A stretch of 64,000 nt of DNA from Candidatus Hodarchaeota archaeon (GTDB lineage Archaea; Asgardarchaeota; Lokiarchaeia; Sigyniarchaeales; SOKP01), in the NCBI GenBank assembly GCA_048886685.1, contig JBHLKM010000001.1:96001-160000 (forward strand), in the 5' to 3' direction. Positions 20,247-30,314 of this stretch are shown piece by piece. Position numbers and translations under genes: made by a program. The number at the start of each line of letters is the position of its first letter. Position 1 is the stretch's first letter. The notes beneath the pieces are model-generated. The model was not told where the DNA came from, made no database searches, and saw only the letters and a program-made list of their open reading frames with translations.

Positions 20247-20633
20247 ATGGAAATTGAACATGTAGCTGTAGGATACAATTCAGAAGATGAGGCGGATAAA
20301 TTTTTTATTGAATTGCTTGGTTTAGAAAAAAAAAGATCAAAATTAGTTACTGCAGATTTAATTAAAGAATTCTTTGGTGTAAAAAGAGAATATAAATCTG
20401 TTTTATATGGAAATAATGAAGTTAGTTTTGAAGTTTTTATAACCGATGATAAAAGCAGAGTGAAAGATGTTTTTACTCATTCATGTTTATTAGTAGAAAA
20501 TCGAGATGAGTTTATGTCGAAAGCAACTTCAATGGGATATGATGTAATAAAAGTTCCAAGAAAGGATAGTGACGGATACTATCTTTTTATTAGAGATACA
20601 TTCCAAAATACGTATGAAATAAAAGAGAAATAA
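20247..20633 (+). CDS. VOC/glyoxalase family protein
   Basis: IEHVAV..FF..LLG, H.C.LV, LFIRD..N.YE. Confidence 0.85.
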   Translation: MEIEHVAVGYNSEDEADKFFIELLGLEKKRSKLVTADLIKEFFGVKREYKSVLYGNNEVSFEVFITDDKSRVKDVFTHSCLLVENRDEFMSKATSMGYDVIKVPRKDSDGYYLFIRDTFQNTYEIKEK

Positions 20634-20651
20634 CAGATACCCAATGGTATT

Positions 20652-21068
20652 TCAATTTTTTAGAATGCTCTCTATTATCTCCTTATGATCAAATGCTAGT
20701 TTTAAAGAAGCGATTTTTGATAATGGAACAATTTCTAGGGCAGTGGCATCATCCATAGCTTTTGGTTTTTCATTATCTGTTGATGGTTCACAGAGGAAGG
20801 CAACAGTTACATTATGGCCTCTAGGGTCCCTATTTGGCTGAGAGAAAACTCCTACGAGTTTAATTATTCTAATATCAATGTTGGTCTCTTCCTTAGCTTC
20901 CCGAATGCAGGCATTTTCCACAGTTTCACCAACATCTACAAATCCACCAGGTAATGCTAATTCTCCCTGAAAAGGCGGATTTTTACGGCGAACTAACACT
21001 ACATCTTTTTTATTATTTAATAGAATAACCGCATCAACAGTAAGAAGGGGAGTCACAGGTTTAGGCAT
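20652..21068 (-). CDS. NUDIX hydrolase
   Basis: Nudix box GGFVDVGETVENACIREAKEET; RDPRGH; LAFDH; start placed at the ATG after the upstream stop. Confidence 0.92.
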   Translation of the reverse strand: MPKPVTPLLTVDAVILLNNKKDVVLVRRKNPPFQGELALPGGFVDVGETVENACIREAKEETNIDIRIIKLVGVFSQPNRDPRGHNVTVAFLCEPSTDNEKPKAMDDATALEIVPLSKIASLKLAFDHKEIIESILKN

Positions 21069-21072
21069 TATC

Positions 21073-21894
21073 TTATTCATCCCATACCTTTGATGCCAGT
21101 AAATGCTCAATTCGCGTTTTTCTTGGCCTTATAAATTCAGTGTGATGTTCTTTACGCTCGAGTAATAGAGATCTTTCAAGAGTATTCGAATTAACAATAT
21201 ATACTTCTAAATCTCCTTCATCAAGATATATTTGATTAAAACTAGGTGAATCATCAGCTCGAACTTTGTTTGAAGTTGAGGTGCCAGAGTAAAGAAATGT
21301 AGTACTTGATGAATTTCTCCATGAAATAGTATAGGCATGAGGAACGTGCCTATGTCCCATTAGAACTAAATCTATTTCGAATAATTGGGTGAGTTCTAAA
21401 ATTTCCCCAGCATCTCGAACAGTCGTAAATTTCTGTCCTGACATTGGAATAGGGATTAAATGATGGTGTAATGCGATTATTCGGTTTTCTAAGTTTTTAT
21501 TGAAGCATCTTCCAGTAAAGTCAAGTTGCTCATCCCCAATCATGCCTTCGGCCATATCATCTCTCGCAGAGCAAATTCCAACGATTATCGTATCTTCATC
21601 CTCAATTAATATTCTGAATCTTCGTGGACCAATAAGTTTTTCAAAAAATACTAGCCCTGAGTTTTTAGCGTCGTGATTCCCTGGTACTGCCAAGAATTTA
21701 GTGATCTTTCTTATTCTTTCTATATAGGGTAGAATATTCTTAAACTGAATAACCCTTCCTTTATGTACTAGATCTCCTGAACAAATAACGACGCTAGGCT
21801 TAAAATCTTCAACAAAACCGATTATATTTTCCATATATTCAGGGACAAATTCCGATCCATAATGTAGGTCGCTGATATGTATTATTTCAACCAA
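21073..21894 (-). CDS. Metallophosphoesterase (Icc/CpdA-like)
   Basis: SDLH, GDL, GNHD, HHH, GHRH. Confidence 0.9.
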   Translation of the reverse strand: MVEIIHISDLHYGSEFVPEYMENIIGFVEDFKPSVVICSGDLVHKGRVIQFKNILPYIERIRKITKFLAVPGNHDAKNSGLVFFEKLIGPRRFRILIEDEDTIIVGICSARDDMAEGMIGDEQLDFTGRCFNKNLENRIIALHHHLIPIPMSGQKFTTVRDAGEILELTQLFEIDLVLMGHRHVPHAYTISWRNSSSTTFLYSGTSTSNKVRADDSPSFNQIYLDEGDLEVYIVNSNTLERSLLLERKEHHTEFIRPRKTRIEHLLASKVWDE

Positions 21895-22063
21895 TCTTTC
21901 AACACCCTCTCATATTTATTCATTAATTAAGAGAAATTTAATAATAATTATAAATTTAATAATAAGGGCAAAATTTAAAATATTTTTGATTGAAAAGTAT
22001 CTCAAATAAAAAGTAAATTCATTGAAATTACAAAATAATTTCTATTCAAACAACGTACTGATT

Positions 22064-22240
22064 TTAAATCCCTATACTAAGAGATTGAACTGAAAATTCG
22101 AGTTTGTACTGCAATTTACGCTGTTTTGCTAAGCTAATAAGTGTGTTTTCATTATTACAATCAAAGCAAATTCCATGGACATTTATATAGCATAAATTTC
22201 CACATTGTGGGCAGTTAAACTCTTTAAAAATTGGTTTCAT
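22064..22240 (-). CDS. Small putative zinc-finger protein (58 aa)
   Basis: GGAG RBS before ATG 22240; CPQC...CFDC. Confidence 0.6.
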   Translation of the reverse strand: MKPIFKEFNCPQCGNLCYINVHGICFDCNNENTLISLAKQRKLQYKLEFSVQSLSIGI

Positions 22241-22283
22241 AATTTTTTCTCCTAAATATGTAATTTTTATATGTATAATCAAT

Positions 22284-22436
22284 TTAATTTAGTTTGGTCA
22301 TCTTATCGATATCTTGTGTAATTTTTTCTATTATTGCATCAATAGATTTTTCGAGGGGTGTATGTAAAACCTCTTTTTTTAATTTTTTATACTCATCTTT
22401 TTGAGATAGTAAAGTTAAAAGATATCGATTGAACAT
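22284..22436 (-). CDS. Small hypothetical protein (50 aa), below track cutoff
   Basis: MFNRYLLTLLSQKDEYKKLKKEVLHTPLEKSIDAIIEKITQDIDKMTKLN; fills the gap between alaS and the zinc-finger ORF in the same direction. Confidence 0.45.
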   Translation of the reverse strand: MFNRYLLTLLSQKDEYKKLKKEVLHTPLEKSIDAIIEKITQDIDKMTKLN

Positions 22437-22551
22437 TTTTCTATATAGTTTCCCATTTTCTTCTTAATTATATTAAAAAAGTAAAGGGATTTAAGCTCTC
22501 TCGTCATATTATATAAAGTATATATAGTCTATATAGAAAAAAAGAAATGAT

Positions 22552-25518
22552 TTACGTGTTGCGTAGTTTATTCATAATATAATTTTTTACCTTGTCTATA
22601 CTTAAATCCATATCGTTGATAAAACCCTGACCATAATCCTTTTTCCCTCCTCCTTTTCCACCAAATTTTTCTACACTTTCTTTAATTAGGCTTCCAACAT
22701 TTAATTTTGAAGTTTTAAGCGGTTTATCTCCTTGCATAGCTAGAATCATGATTCCCTTATTGGTTTTATTTAAAAATATACTTATCACATTGTCATTATA
22801 TTTCATAATTCTTATAGAGAAGTTCTTAAGATCATCTTGACTTAAGTTATCATATGTTTCAATAATGAGTTTATAGGTTTCATATTCCTGACTTTTTATA
22901 ATTAACTCATCAATATATTCTTCACTTAGGAGATTTTTTGTTAGTTTGATTTTTTTTATTCCTTCATTCCATTCTGAATATAACTTTTGGATTTTATTTG
23001 GGACATCATCTTTTTTGGTGTTTAAAAGTTGAGAAATCTCTGATAAGACATCACCTTCGAAGGATTTAGAGGACATTAAATGTAAGTCTCTCTCATCTAC
23101 CTTACCAGATTTGAGTGATTTGTTTACATTTTTCCATTTTTCAAGTAATTCTTCTACACGTCCCACGAGTTGTTTACGCTCAACATTTAAAATATCTTTA
23201 ATATCTTCGAGAATTTTCTTATGTTTTTCCTTTAACTTATCTGTAGCATTTCCCGCTACAAATGTGAGTCTAACAATACCATCTTGTATCTTTTGTGACT
23301 TTGTAATATGAATATATCCTGCTTCTGAAGTATTATTTAAATGTGTCCCTCCACACGCTTCAATATCAATATTAGGGATTTCAACGATTCTTAAGTTTTT
23401 GCCAGGCACAGCTCCTCCTTGATATATGCTCATACCATAATTTTTTTCTGCTTCTGAACGTGGGATGAAACTAAGGTTAAGATCTATTCGTTTCTCGACT
23501 ATTTCATTTGATCTTTTTTCAATCTCCAAAAGTTTATCCCTTGGAATTTGCTCATAATGTGTAATATCGAGGTGAGAGTTTTTTATTGTCTTTTTCGCAC
23601 CAGCTTGATTAATATGACTACCCAAAACATCTCGAGCGGCTGCGTTTACTATATGTGTAGCTGTGTGATGTTGAGAAAGTTGCTTCCTCCATTCTTTATC
23701 CACTTCGACTTTTACAGAATCACCCTCCTTAAACTTCGGTTTTTCATCTAATACATGAATAGTATAGTTTCCTTGTTTAAAAGCGTTTGAGAATTTCTGA
23801 CCATTAATAGAACCAATATCATGAAGTTGTCCTCCAGAGGTAGGATAGGTCACAGCTTTGTCTAAAATTACCATATTATCAATTATTTTCAAAACTTTAG
23901 CTTCATTTGAGGTTTTGGTGTAATCATAATAATAAAGAGATTTCGTTTCAGGGATGCCTTCTAAGTTTAATTCTATTTCTTTTTCCGTCGCATGAATTTG
24001 CTCAATCTTTTCATGTCTTTCAACCACTAAAGTATAAAAATCATCAGGAATTTTAACTTTCACATTAAATTTTCTTGCAGCTTCTTTCACCATATCTGGA
24101 CTTATACCATTAGAATCATACAATTCAATCAAAATATCTGTAGAAAAATCCCCCTTCTTAATAATCTTCTCTAAAATTTTTCCTGCCTTTTTTTTAGTGG
24201 TGTAAAATTTCGTTTTCTCAACATTAAGTATTTCTCTGATCTCATCTAAATGTTCTGATACTTCTGGAAAAAGATCTTTCAATTCATCAGCATGCCATAC
24301 ACAAACATCTGCCATGTCAATATCCCATTCAAGTTGGTCAATAAAACTATAAGCTCGCCTAAAAATCACCCTAAGATTATACCCGCCTCCTACATTTGAA
24401 GGGAGTTTCCCATCGTTAATTGCAAATAATAAGCTTCGAGCATGATCAGCAATAGAGTAAAGAGCTGTCATCGGTAATATTTTGTTTTTAAGTTCTTTTG
24501 CTTCTGTTTTCATTTCATTTGCTACTCGTTCCCAAGTTTCATCCATATCATCTACTTCATCAATATTTAAATAAGCTGAATATTGAGAAAACTTATTATA
24601 TAATTCTAAATCCAATTCGATTTTCGTAATTTCTCTTAATTTTGATAGAACATAGGGAAAAATGGCTTCGTAAATATTCGGTGTTCCTTGAGAAAACCAC
24701 GCTACACGTTCCTGTCCAAGACCCATATCTAAAACCTTTAACTTTAATTCACGGGGGCCTTCTGGAGTTTGTTCAAACATAGTATAAACTTGGTTAAACA
24801 ATTCAACACCTCTACTAAAAAATTCAAGGCTACATCCAAATGAGCCACCGCCTGCCCAAGAATCTTCATGGATAGTTATTTCTTCCTTAGCTAATCCGAC
24901 ACCTTCATGAATAAAATCATGAATATCCATGAATAGTTCACCTTGATTCCATTCTTCAGGAGGTACAAATTCATGTTGCCCTATCATAACAAATCCGGTA
25001 TTATGCGAACCAGTAATCCCAACATTTTCAATGTCATTAAATCTTAAACAAAACTGTGGAATAATAAGCTTTTTAGCAGGAGGTTCTACTTCTCCCGTAA
25101 TAACATAAGGTTGAAATGCTGAAATTGATGCGATTGTAAATTCAGAAGTAGGATTCCATCGCGCTACACATGGATACCTTTTAATAGGGACATAACCTCT
25201 AGGTTCTAAAATCTCAACGATCTTTTCCCAAACACCAATGAAAGATAATTTAGTTTGAGATGGATTATCAATGACAACTTGAAATCCTCCCGAACATACA
25301 GGATCTCCGCAAACTTCTCTTTCTTTGAGCATTGTCCAAAAATAATTGCCACAACATTCACAAAGTTTTCTTATATAACCCAAATTTTTAAGTTCCTTAG
25401 TAGGAAAGTATTCATCTGGATTTCTTGAAGCAATTTTTTTGAAAACTCTTTTTAATTGCTTATCCGTTTGAGCTTCGACAAGTTCCTTCTGTTCTTTCTC
25501 TGAGAGCACTTCAATCAA
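22552..25518 (-). CDS. alaS: Alanine--tRNA ligase, archaeal type
   Basis: N-terminal CxxC..FWT..CGD, RYP.VARW, DMGLGQER, IADH, GGGYNLR, editing HHTATH/CGGTH, C-terminal GGKGGG. Confidence 0.95.
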   Translation of the reverse strand: MIEVLSEKEQKELVEAQTDKQLKRVFKKIASRNPDEYFPTKELKNLGYIRKLCECCGNYFWTMLKEREVCGDPVCSGGFQVVIDNPSQTKLSFIGVWEKIVEILEPRGYVPIKRYPCVARWNPTSEFTIASISAFQPYVITGEVEPPAKKLIIPQFCLRFNDIENVGITGSHNTGFVMIGQHEFVPPEEWNQGELFMDIHDFIHEGVGLAKEEITIHEDSWAGGGSFGCSLEFFSRGVELFNQVYTMFEQTPEGPRELKLKVLDMGLGQERVAWFSQGTPNIYEAIFPYVLSKLREITKIELDLELYNKFSQYSAYLNIDEVDDMDETWERVANEMKTEAKELKNKILPMTALYSIADHARSLLFAINDGKLPSNVGGGYNLRVIFRRAYSFIDQLEWDIDMADVCVWHADELKDLFPEVSEHLDEIREILNVEKTKFYTTKKKAGKILEKIIKKGDFSTDILIELYDSNGISPDMVKEAARKFNVKVKIPDDFYTLVVERHEKIEQIHATEKEIELNLEGIPETKSLYYYDYTKTSNEAKVLKIIDNMVILDKAVTYPTSGGQLHDIGSINGQKFSNAFKQGNYTIHVLDEKPKFKEGDSVKVEVDKEWRKQLSQHHTATHIVNAAARDVLGSHINQAGAKKTIKNSHLDITHYEQIPRDKLLEIEKRSNEIVEKRIDLNLSFIPRSEAEKNYGMSIYQGGAVPGKNLRIVEIPNIDIEACGGTHLNNTSEAGYIHITKSQKIQDGIVRLTFVAGNATDKLKEKHKKILEDIKDILNVERKQLVGRVEELLEKWKNVNKSLKSGKVDERDLHLMSSKSFEGDVLSEISQLLNTKKDDVPNKIQKLYSEWNEGIKKIKLTKNLLSEEYIDELIIKSQEYETYKLIIETYDNLSQDDLKNFSIRIMKYNDNVISIFLNKTNKGIMILAMQGDKPLKTSKLNVGSLIKESVEKFGGKGGGKKDYGQGFINDMDLSIDKVKNYIMNKLRNT

Positions 25519-25616
25519 ATACTAAATGTTCAACTTCTCATATATTAATAATTAAAAATAATCTTGGTCATTCTATAATATTTTCTCTTATTTCTTTAAT
25601 TAAATCTTTAGGTTTT

Positions 25617-26066
25617 TTATTGAATATCTAATGTTTGAAGGCGTGAATATCCTTTTTTCGCAAAATCATAATCAAGTAATTCAATCTTTTCTGGGATAAT
25701 TTTCATTAGAAGTTTTCTTTTTCCCCTGACAATTTTTTGAGCTTCTTCAAATCCTTCATCTCCTTTCCTTAAAAAGATTAAATTCTCTTTCCCTGAGGCG
25801 GTGATTTGCATACCTTGAATTTTCCCTTCTGATAATGGTGTATAAATACCTATACTGATATTCGGATTTTCCTCCATATTTTTAATCTTTCTTCCAGGAG
25901 CAGGACCAATATAAATATTAAAACTATCTTGTTCTGTGTAGAAATCCATAGGAGTTGCACGAGGAATATTATTACTACATGTACATAAAACTAATACTTT
26001 TCTTTTATTTAAATAATCTCTAATTTCTTTTCTTAAAAGGTCTTCAGGCATTCTTTGATTACTCAT
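25617..26066 (-). CDS. Pyridoxamine 5'-phosphate oxidase-like FMN-binding protein
   Basis: LCT..N.PRATP, K..N...NP.IS, GMQI. Confidence 0.8.
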   Translation of the reverse strand: MSNQRMPEDLLRKEIRDYLNKRKVLVLCTCSNNIPRATPMDFYTEQDSFNIYIGPAPGRKIKNMEENPNISIGIYTPLSEGKIQGMQITASGKENLIFLRKGDEGFEEAQKIVRGKRKLLMKIIPEKIELLDYDFAKKGYSRLQTLDIQ

Positions 26067-26161
26067 TTTAAAGAACCTTTAATCTTGAATTAAATTACAA
26101 TAAAGAATGAATGGATAAAGATAAATTTTAGAATATGAAGAGAAATAGAGTTAAGTCGAAA

Positions 26162-27313
26162 TTATAATCCAACAATATTTATTGGTGAAGAATCATTGTC
26201 CGAATCTACAGCCGCTTGTACATACGGGGATATGGGTCCATTTGCCAGAACCATAATTTTAACTTTGGATCCCATATCTGGTTTGTTTTGTACTCCAAAT
26301 TTTAGTTGAGCTTCCTCAGGAATTTCACTTGTAATAGTAGATACAACACTATCTACCTTTGATAATGGTAAAGTATGATCACCGGTAACAGATACTATAC
26401 ACCGTTCAACTTTTTTAGGGTCAGGTTGTAAAAGCGGATTATTAATGGCTAATCTGGATTTCTCAATTAAATCGGATTCGTCTCCCACTGACTCTGCAAT
26501 ACCTATTAAGCCTGTAGGATAATCTCCTTTTTTTACAAAAATACGTTTCACATCAGCATAATCTATGTTGACTAGACCACAGTTGTTGATTAAGTTAACG
26601 ACTTCGCCAATATTCCTAATTAAGACCTCATCCATTATTTTAAAACCTGTTATCATTGGAATCTTTCCCACGATTCCCAAAAGATTATCATTTGGGACTG
26701 TTATTAAAAAATCAGAATAATCTGCCAAATTTTTAAGTCCTAATTTTGCTCTTACACTTCGTTGAACTCCTTCTGATTTGAATGGAAGTGAACAGAAGGT
26801 GACTACAATAGCATTGTTTTTTTTTGCCTCTTCTGCAATAACAGGCGCTGCTCCGGTTCCCGTTCCCCCACCTAAACCACAAGTTAAAAAGACAATATCT
26901 GCATTAAGGACTTTATTCAATCTATCTCTATCTTCTTCGGCAGCCGCGGTTCCAATCAAAGGATCATTCCCTGAACCCATACCTTGACATCGTTCCTTCC
27001 CAATTAGAACTTTCTGACTTGCATTTGAATAATACAAGTCATGTGCATCAGTATTTATACAAATTGTCTCAGCATTATTTATGCCCATATCCTCCAAACG
27101 TGAAACAGTGTTATTTCCAGCGCCCCCCACTCCTACTACCTGTGTTTTTACTTTTAAAACTTTCAATAAGTCTGCTAAATACTTGTCATCGTCACAATTT
27201 GGGTTTGTATTAGGATTTTGATTATGACGGGCGATTTCATTGAACCGTTCTCTTGCTGATGTTCGAGATTTTGCCATTTCTAAAATATCATCAAAACTCA
27301 TAAAATTCATCAA
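26162..27313 (-). CDS. ftsZ: Cell division protein FtsZ
   Basis: VVGVGGAGNN, NTD, GLGGGTGTG, PF.SEG, NDNL, VNIDYAD. Confidence 0.93.
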   Translation of the reverse strand: MMNFMSFDDILEMAKSRTSARERFNEIARHNQNPNTNPNCDDDKYLADLLKVLKVKTQVVGVGGAGNNTVSRLEDMGINNAETICINTDAHDLYYSNASQKVLIGKERCQGMGSGNDPLIGTAAAEEDRDRLNKVLNADIVFLTCGLGGGTGTGAAPVIAEEAKKNNAIVVTFCSLPFKSEGVQRSVRAKLGLKNLADYSDFLITVPNDNLLGIVGKIPMITGFKIMDEVLIRNIGEVVNLINNCGLVNIDYADVKRIFVKKGDYPTGLIGIAESVGDESDLIEKSRLAINNPLLQPDPKKVERCIVSVTGDHTLPLSKVDSVVSTITSEIPEEAQLKFGVQNKPDMGSKVKIMVLANGPISPYVQAAVDSDNDSSPINIVGL

Positions 27314-27560
27314 ATGAAATGAGGTTTTTATAATACGAGAAAAATATCGGAATAATATATGAAAGTAATATGAAGATAATACGCATATTACGTCTGTATT
27401 ATATCCATTAAACTATGACTTTCTTAATATTATTTTGAAATTCCTATTTAAATTTGAATCGTATATCGATTTTTTCAACTGAAACATAGGACAAAACGCT
27501 GGAGAAAAAAGTTTATAAGTCTATATTTTCATGAATATCATACTATTAGGGATATTTCAA

Positions 27561-27800
27561 ATGGAAATCAATAATACTCGAAATAACAGCAAAGAATCCG
27601 TGGAAAGCTCGAAACATGATGAGCCAATACAAGTGCGTGCTATCATTTCCTGTCCGAACTGTGGCTATAAGAAGAAGTTCAGAAATCAATTTCTTAGAAA
27701 AGATCTTGAATTACTCACAGTAGCAGTTAAGGTCTTCGAGTTTATCACATGCAATAAATGCGGAGATCTTATAAAACTTGATTTAGAGCTAAGTATATGA
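27561..27800 (+). CDS. Small zinc-ribbon protein
   Basis: CPNC...CNKC; AGGGA upstream of ATG 27561. Confidence 0.65.
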   Translation: MEINNTRNNSKESVESSKHDEPIQVRAIISCPNCGYKKKFRNQFLRKDLELLTVAVKVFEFITCNKCGDLIKLDLELSI

Positions 27801-27883
27801 TTAATCTTTTTCAATTCTATATTTGAATCTTTAATACCGACTCAATATCTTGATTTAAAATTCTCAATTTTCAAATCTTCAAT

Positions 27884-29194
27884 TTAGAGATCCAAATTAA
27901 TATTACCATATGTGCCTCCACCACCAGGTGTATAGCTAATTTCATTTTTTCTAAGAGCATTTACAATTAAAGCGAGAGTTTGGTCATATTCCTCAATTTT
28001 ACTTATTGGAGTATCAATTAAAATCTCAAACTCTGTTCCAAGCGTTTGAATAATCTTATTATATTCATTTAAAACTGTCTTACTTGCTGTACTTTTGATA
28101 CCTTTAATCGAACGGATTATATCTATTAATGGAACCGCATTTATATAAGGGGGTCGATGATCTGGATTTTCAGTTTCATTATATGTAGATATTTTTTCAA
28201 TTCTTTCGCTGACTCCCAATTTTATTTTGAAATTCTTATTATATTCCTCTTTACAAGCGGGACAGTTCATTTTATTTTTTGCTACCTGTTCTATATAGTC
28301 TATTCTAGAAGAATTAGGATTATTTGAATAATATATAACAAAATTTTCAGTTATAGAGTACTGATTAAAGACTGTACTGACTTGCTTTTTCGCTTTCCTA
28401 AAAAGGATCCTTCTTCTACATTTACTGCAAAACATATTATAGTATTTACCAAGCTTAGGGTGAAGACCAACATTAAGTATAATCTTTCTCCCATTTCTTC
28501 TCATTAGTGCCAATAAAATTTCGTCAAAAGAGGGATTATCAAGGTCAAACCTATTGAATTCCCGTCCCAAAGATCGAGGATTTTGAGAGTGAGCATCACT
28601 ATTGCTTAAGAATGAGACATTTTTTAAAGATTCAAGCCTATCTGCTAAATCTGTGTTAGCAGATAAACCCAATTCTAAAAAATACACATTTTTCACATTG
28701 TCTTGATAACAGTCCTTTAAAGTTTCGAATTTACCTTGACGAAAAATCGCTTTAAAGGGTGTGAAAGCATGAGCTGGGCCAATAATGCCCCCAGCATCTG
28801 TTATTAAATCAACTAGTTCAGATGGAGATAAATTAACTCTAGGTCTGCCACCCCACTCATCTAAAATATTTTTAGAGTGTGATTTTAATTTATTTTGGAT
28901 TTCTTTAACTGAAGTAAAATCGGGAAATAACATAACATGATGAATACTTTCCCTATCTTCTATTTCTGTCTGAAGGATGAAAAATATATCTTTATATGAA
29001 AAGGATCCATCGTTTTGGTGTTTCAAATTACGTTCCATGTATTTAAGCCATTCTGGTTGTAAAATATCTCCAGTACCAAGAATATTTAAACCTTTTTTCT
29101 TACAGGTCTCCAACATTGTATCTAAATTTAATGATTTCGATACTGCGATTGAATGAGGACTATGTATGTGGAGATCAGCGTTAAATATATCCAT
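27884..29194 (-). CDS. Endonuclease Q family (PHP domain, TIGR00375-like)
   Basis: ADLHIHS, PAHAFTP, ELGLSA, SNSDAHS, GKY, CxxC..CxxC, PGGGG.YG. Confidence 0.88.
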   Translation of the reverse strand: MDIFNADLHIHSPHSIAVSKSLNLDTMLETCKKKGLNILGTGDILQPEWLKYMERNLKHQNDGSFSYKDIFFILQTEIEDRESIHHVMLFPDFTSVKEIQNKLKSHSKNILDEWGGRPRVNLSPSELVDLITDAGGIIGPAHAFTPFKAIFRQGKFETLKDCYQDNVKNVYFLELGLSANTDLADRLESLKNVSFLSNSDAHSQNPRSLGREFNRFDLDNPSFDEILLALMRRNGRKIILNVGLHPKLGKYYNMFCSKCRRRILFRKAKKQVSTVFNQYSITENFVIYYSNNPNSSRIDYIEQVAKNKMNCPACKEEYNKNFKIKLGVSERIEKISTYNETENPDHRPPYINAVPLIDIIRSIKGIKSTASKTVLNEYNKIIQTLGTEFEILIDTPISKIEEYDQTLALIVNALRKNEISYTPGGGGTYGNINLDL

Positions 29195-29253
29195 CAGTTA
29201 TTAAAAACCATAATTCAATAAAAAGATTTTAATAAGGGATTAATTAATCGGTT

Positions 29254-30303
29254 TCAATTTGTGATAAGCATTTTATCTTTGATTTGATCAGTTAGTAAAA
29301 TTCGATAATACTCTGATTTATTTTTATAATTAACTTTTTCTAGCTTTCCTTCCACGATAACTGTTTCTCCTTCCTTAGCCTGCTCACAAAAACGTGCTCT
29401 AAAAGAGTTTATTTCCAAAATATCATTAAAATTGATTTCATTTGAGGTCAAGTTTTTCTCTAAGATTTTTATATTATTGATTTTATAAGAACAAGGAGTA
29501 AAAATAGAATCTTTAGAATCCGTGATTAAAGCTTTTACTTTAATTCTACCAAAGTTTGAATATTTAAAATCATAATAATTACCCTCCCAATCTTTAGGGC
29601 CCTTTATATATCGAATAAAATAATGTGACCCATGGAATTTACCTTGATGTAGTTTTCTTTGTTCACTCTGTACGAATTCTTCAAAAGAGACACCAGATCC
29701 TCCAACTCTCCAATTATAATGAGATTTATACTCATCCATATCATACATTCTTAATTTATTGGATTCTTCTAATAGGAGTTTTAGTTTTTCTTGGAATCTA
29801 TAACTATTCTTCGTTCCATAGATAATAATATCAATATCTGAGTCCTCCTTATTCAAACCAACCATAACAGATCCAGTAATTCCTATTAAATCTTGAGAGA
29901 TACCTCCCTTATCTATGAATAATTCACATAAACTTTTGGAATATTGTTCTGTGTTGGAGAGTTTTTCTTTTTTTTCCAAACTCTTTAAACAGTCTCTTGG
30001 AGTATATATCTTCTTAATATCTTGAATTTTTACTCCTTGTAATTCTAAATTAAGTTCTTCGGAAGAAAAAAGGTATTTAGGATATTTAGTTCTTAATAGG
30101 GAGTATCGTTCCTCCAATTCATATACTTTTTTGAATTTAACACCCTTTTTTATCCTATCTCCTTCGGGATGAGGATAGAATCTTAAGAAGCAAATTTTCC
30201 TGTCATTTGGATGAAGTAGGCCTTTAATATCAAAAAATAAATTATCTTCCTTAGTTTCTATATAATCTCCCTCAATTCCCTTGGATATTTTCATAAAGGT
30301 CAC
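29254..30303 (-). CDS. Pol-beta-like nucleotidyltransferase domain protein (COG1665-like)
   Basis: GITGSVMVGL...SDID motif. Confidence 0.75.
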   Translation of the reverse strand: MTFMKISKGIEGDYIETKEDNLFFDIKGLLHPNDRKICFLRFYPHPEGDRIKKGVKFKKVYELEERYSLLRTKYPKYLFSSEELNLELQGVKIQDIKKIYTPRDCLKSLEKKEKLSNTEQYSKSLCELFIDKGGISQDLIGITGSVMVGLNKEDSDIDIIIYGTKNSYRFQEKLKLLLEESNKLRMYDMDEYKSHYNWRVGGSGVSFEEFVQSEQRKLHQGKFHGSHYFIRYIKGPKDWEGNYYDFKYSNFGRIKVKALITDSKDSIFTPCSYKINNIKILEKNLTSNEINFNDILEINSFRARFCEQAKEGETVIVEGKLEKVNYKNKSEYYRILLTDQIKDKMLITN

Positions 30304-30314
30304 TATATTATTGA

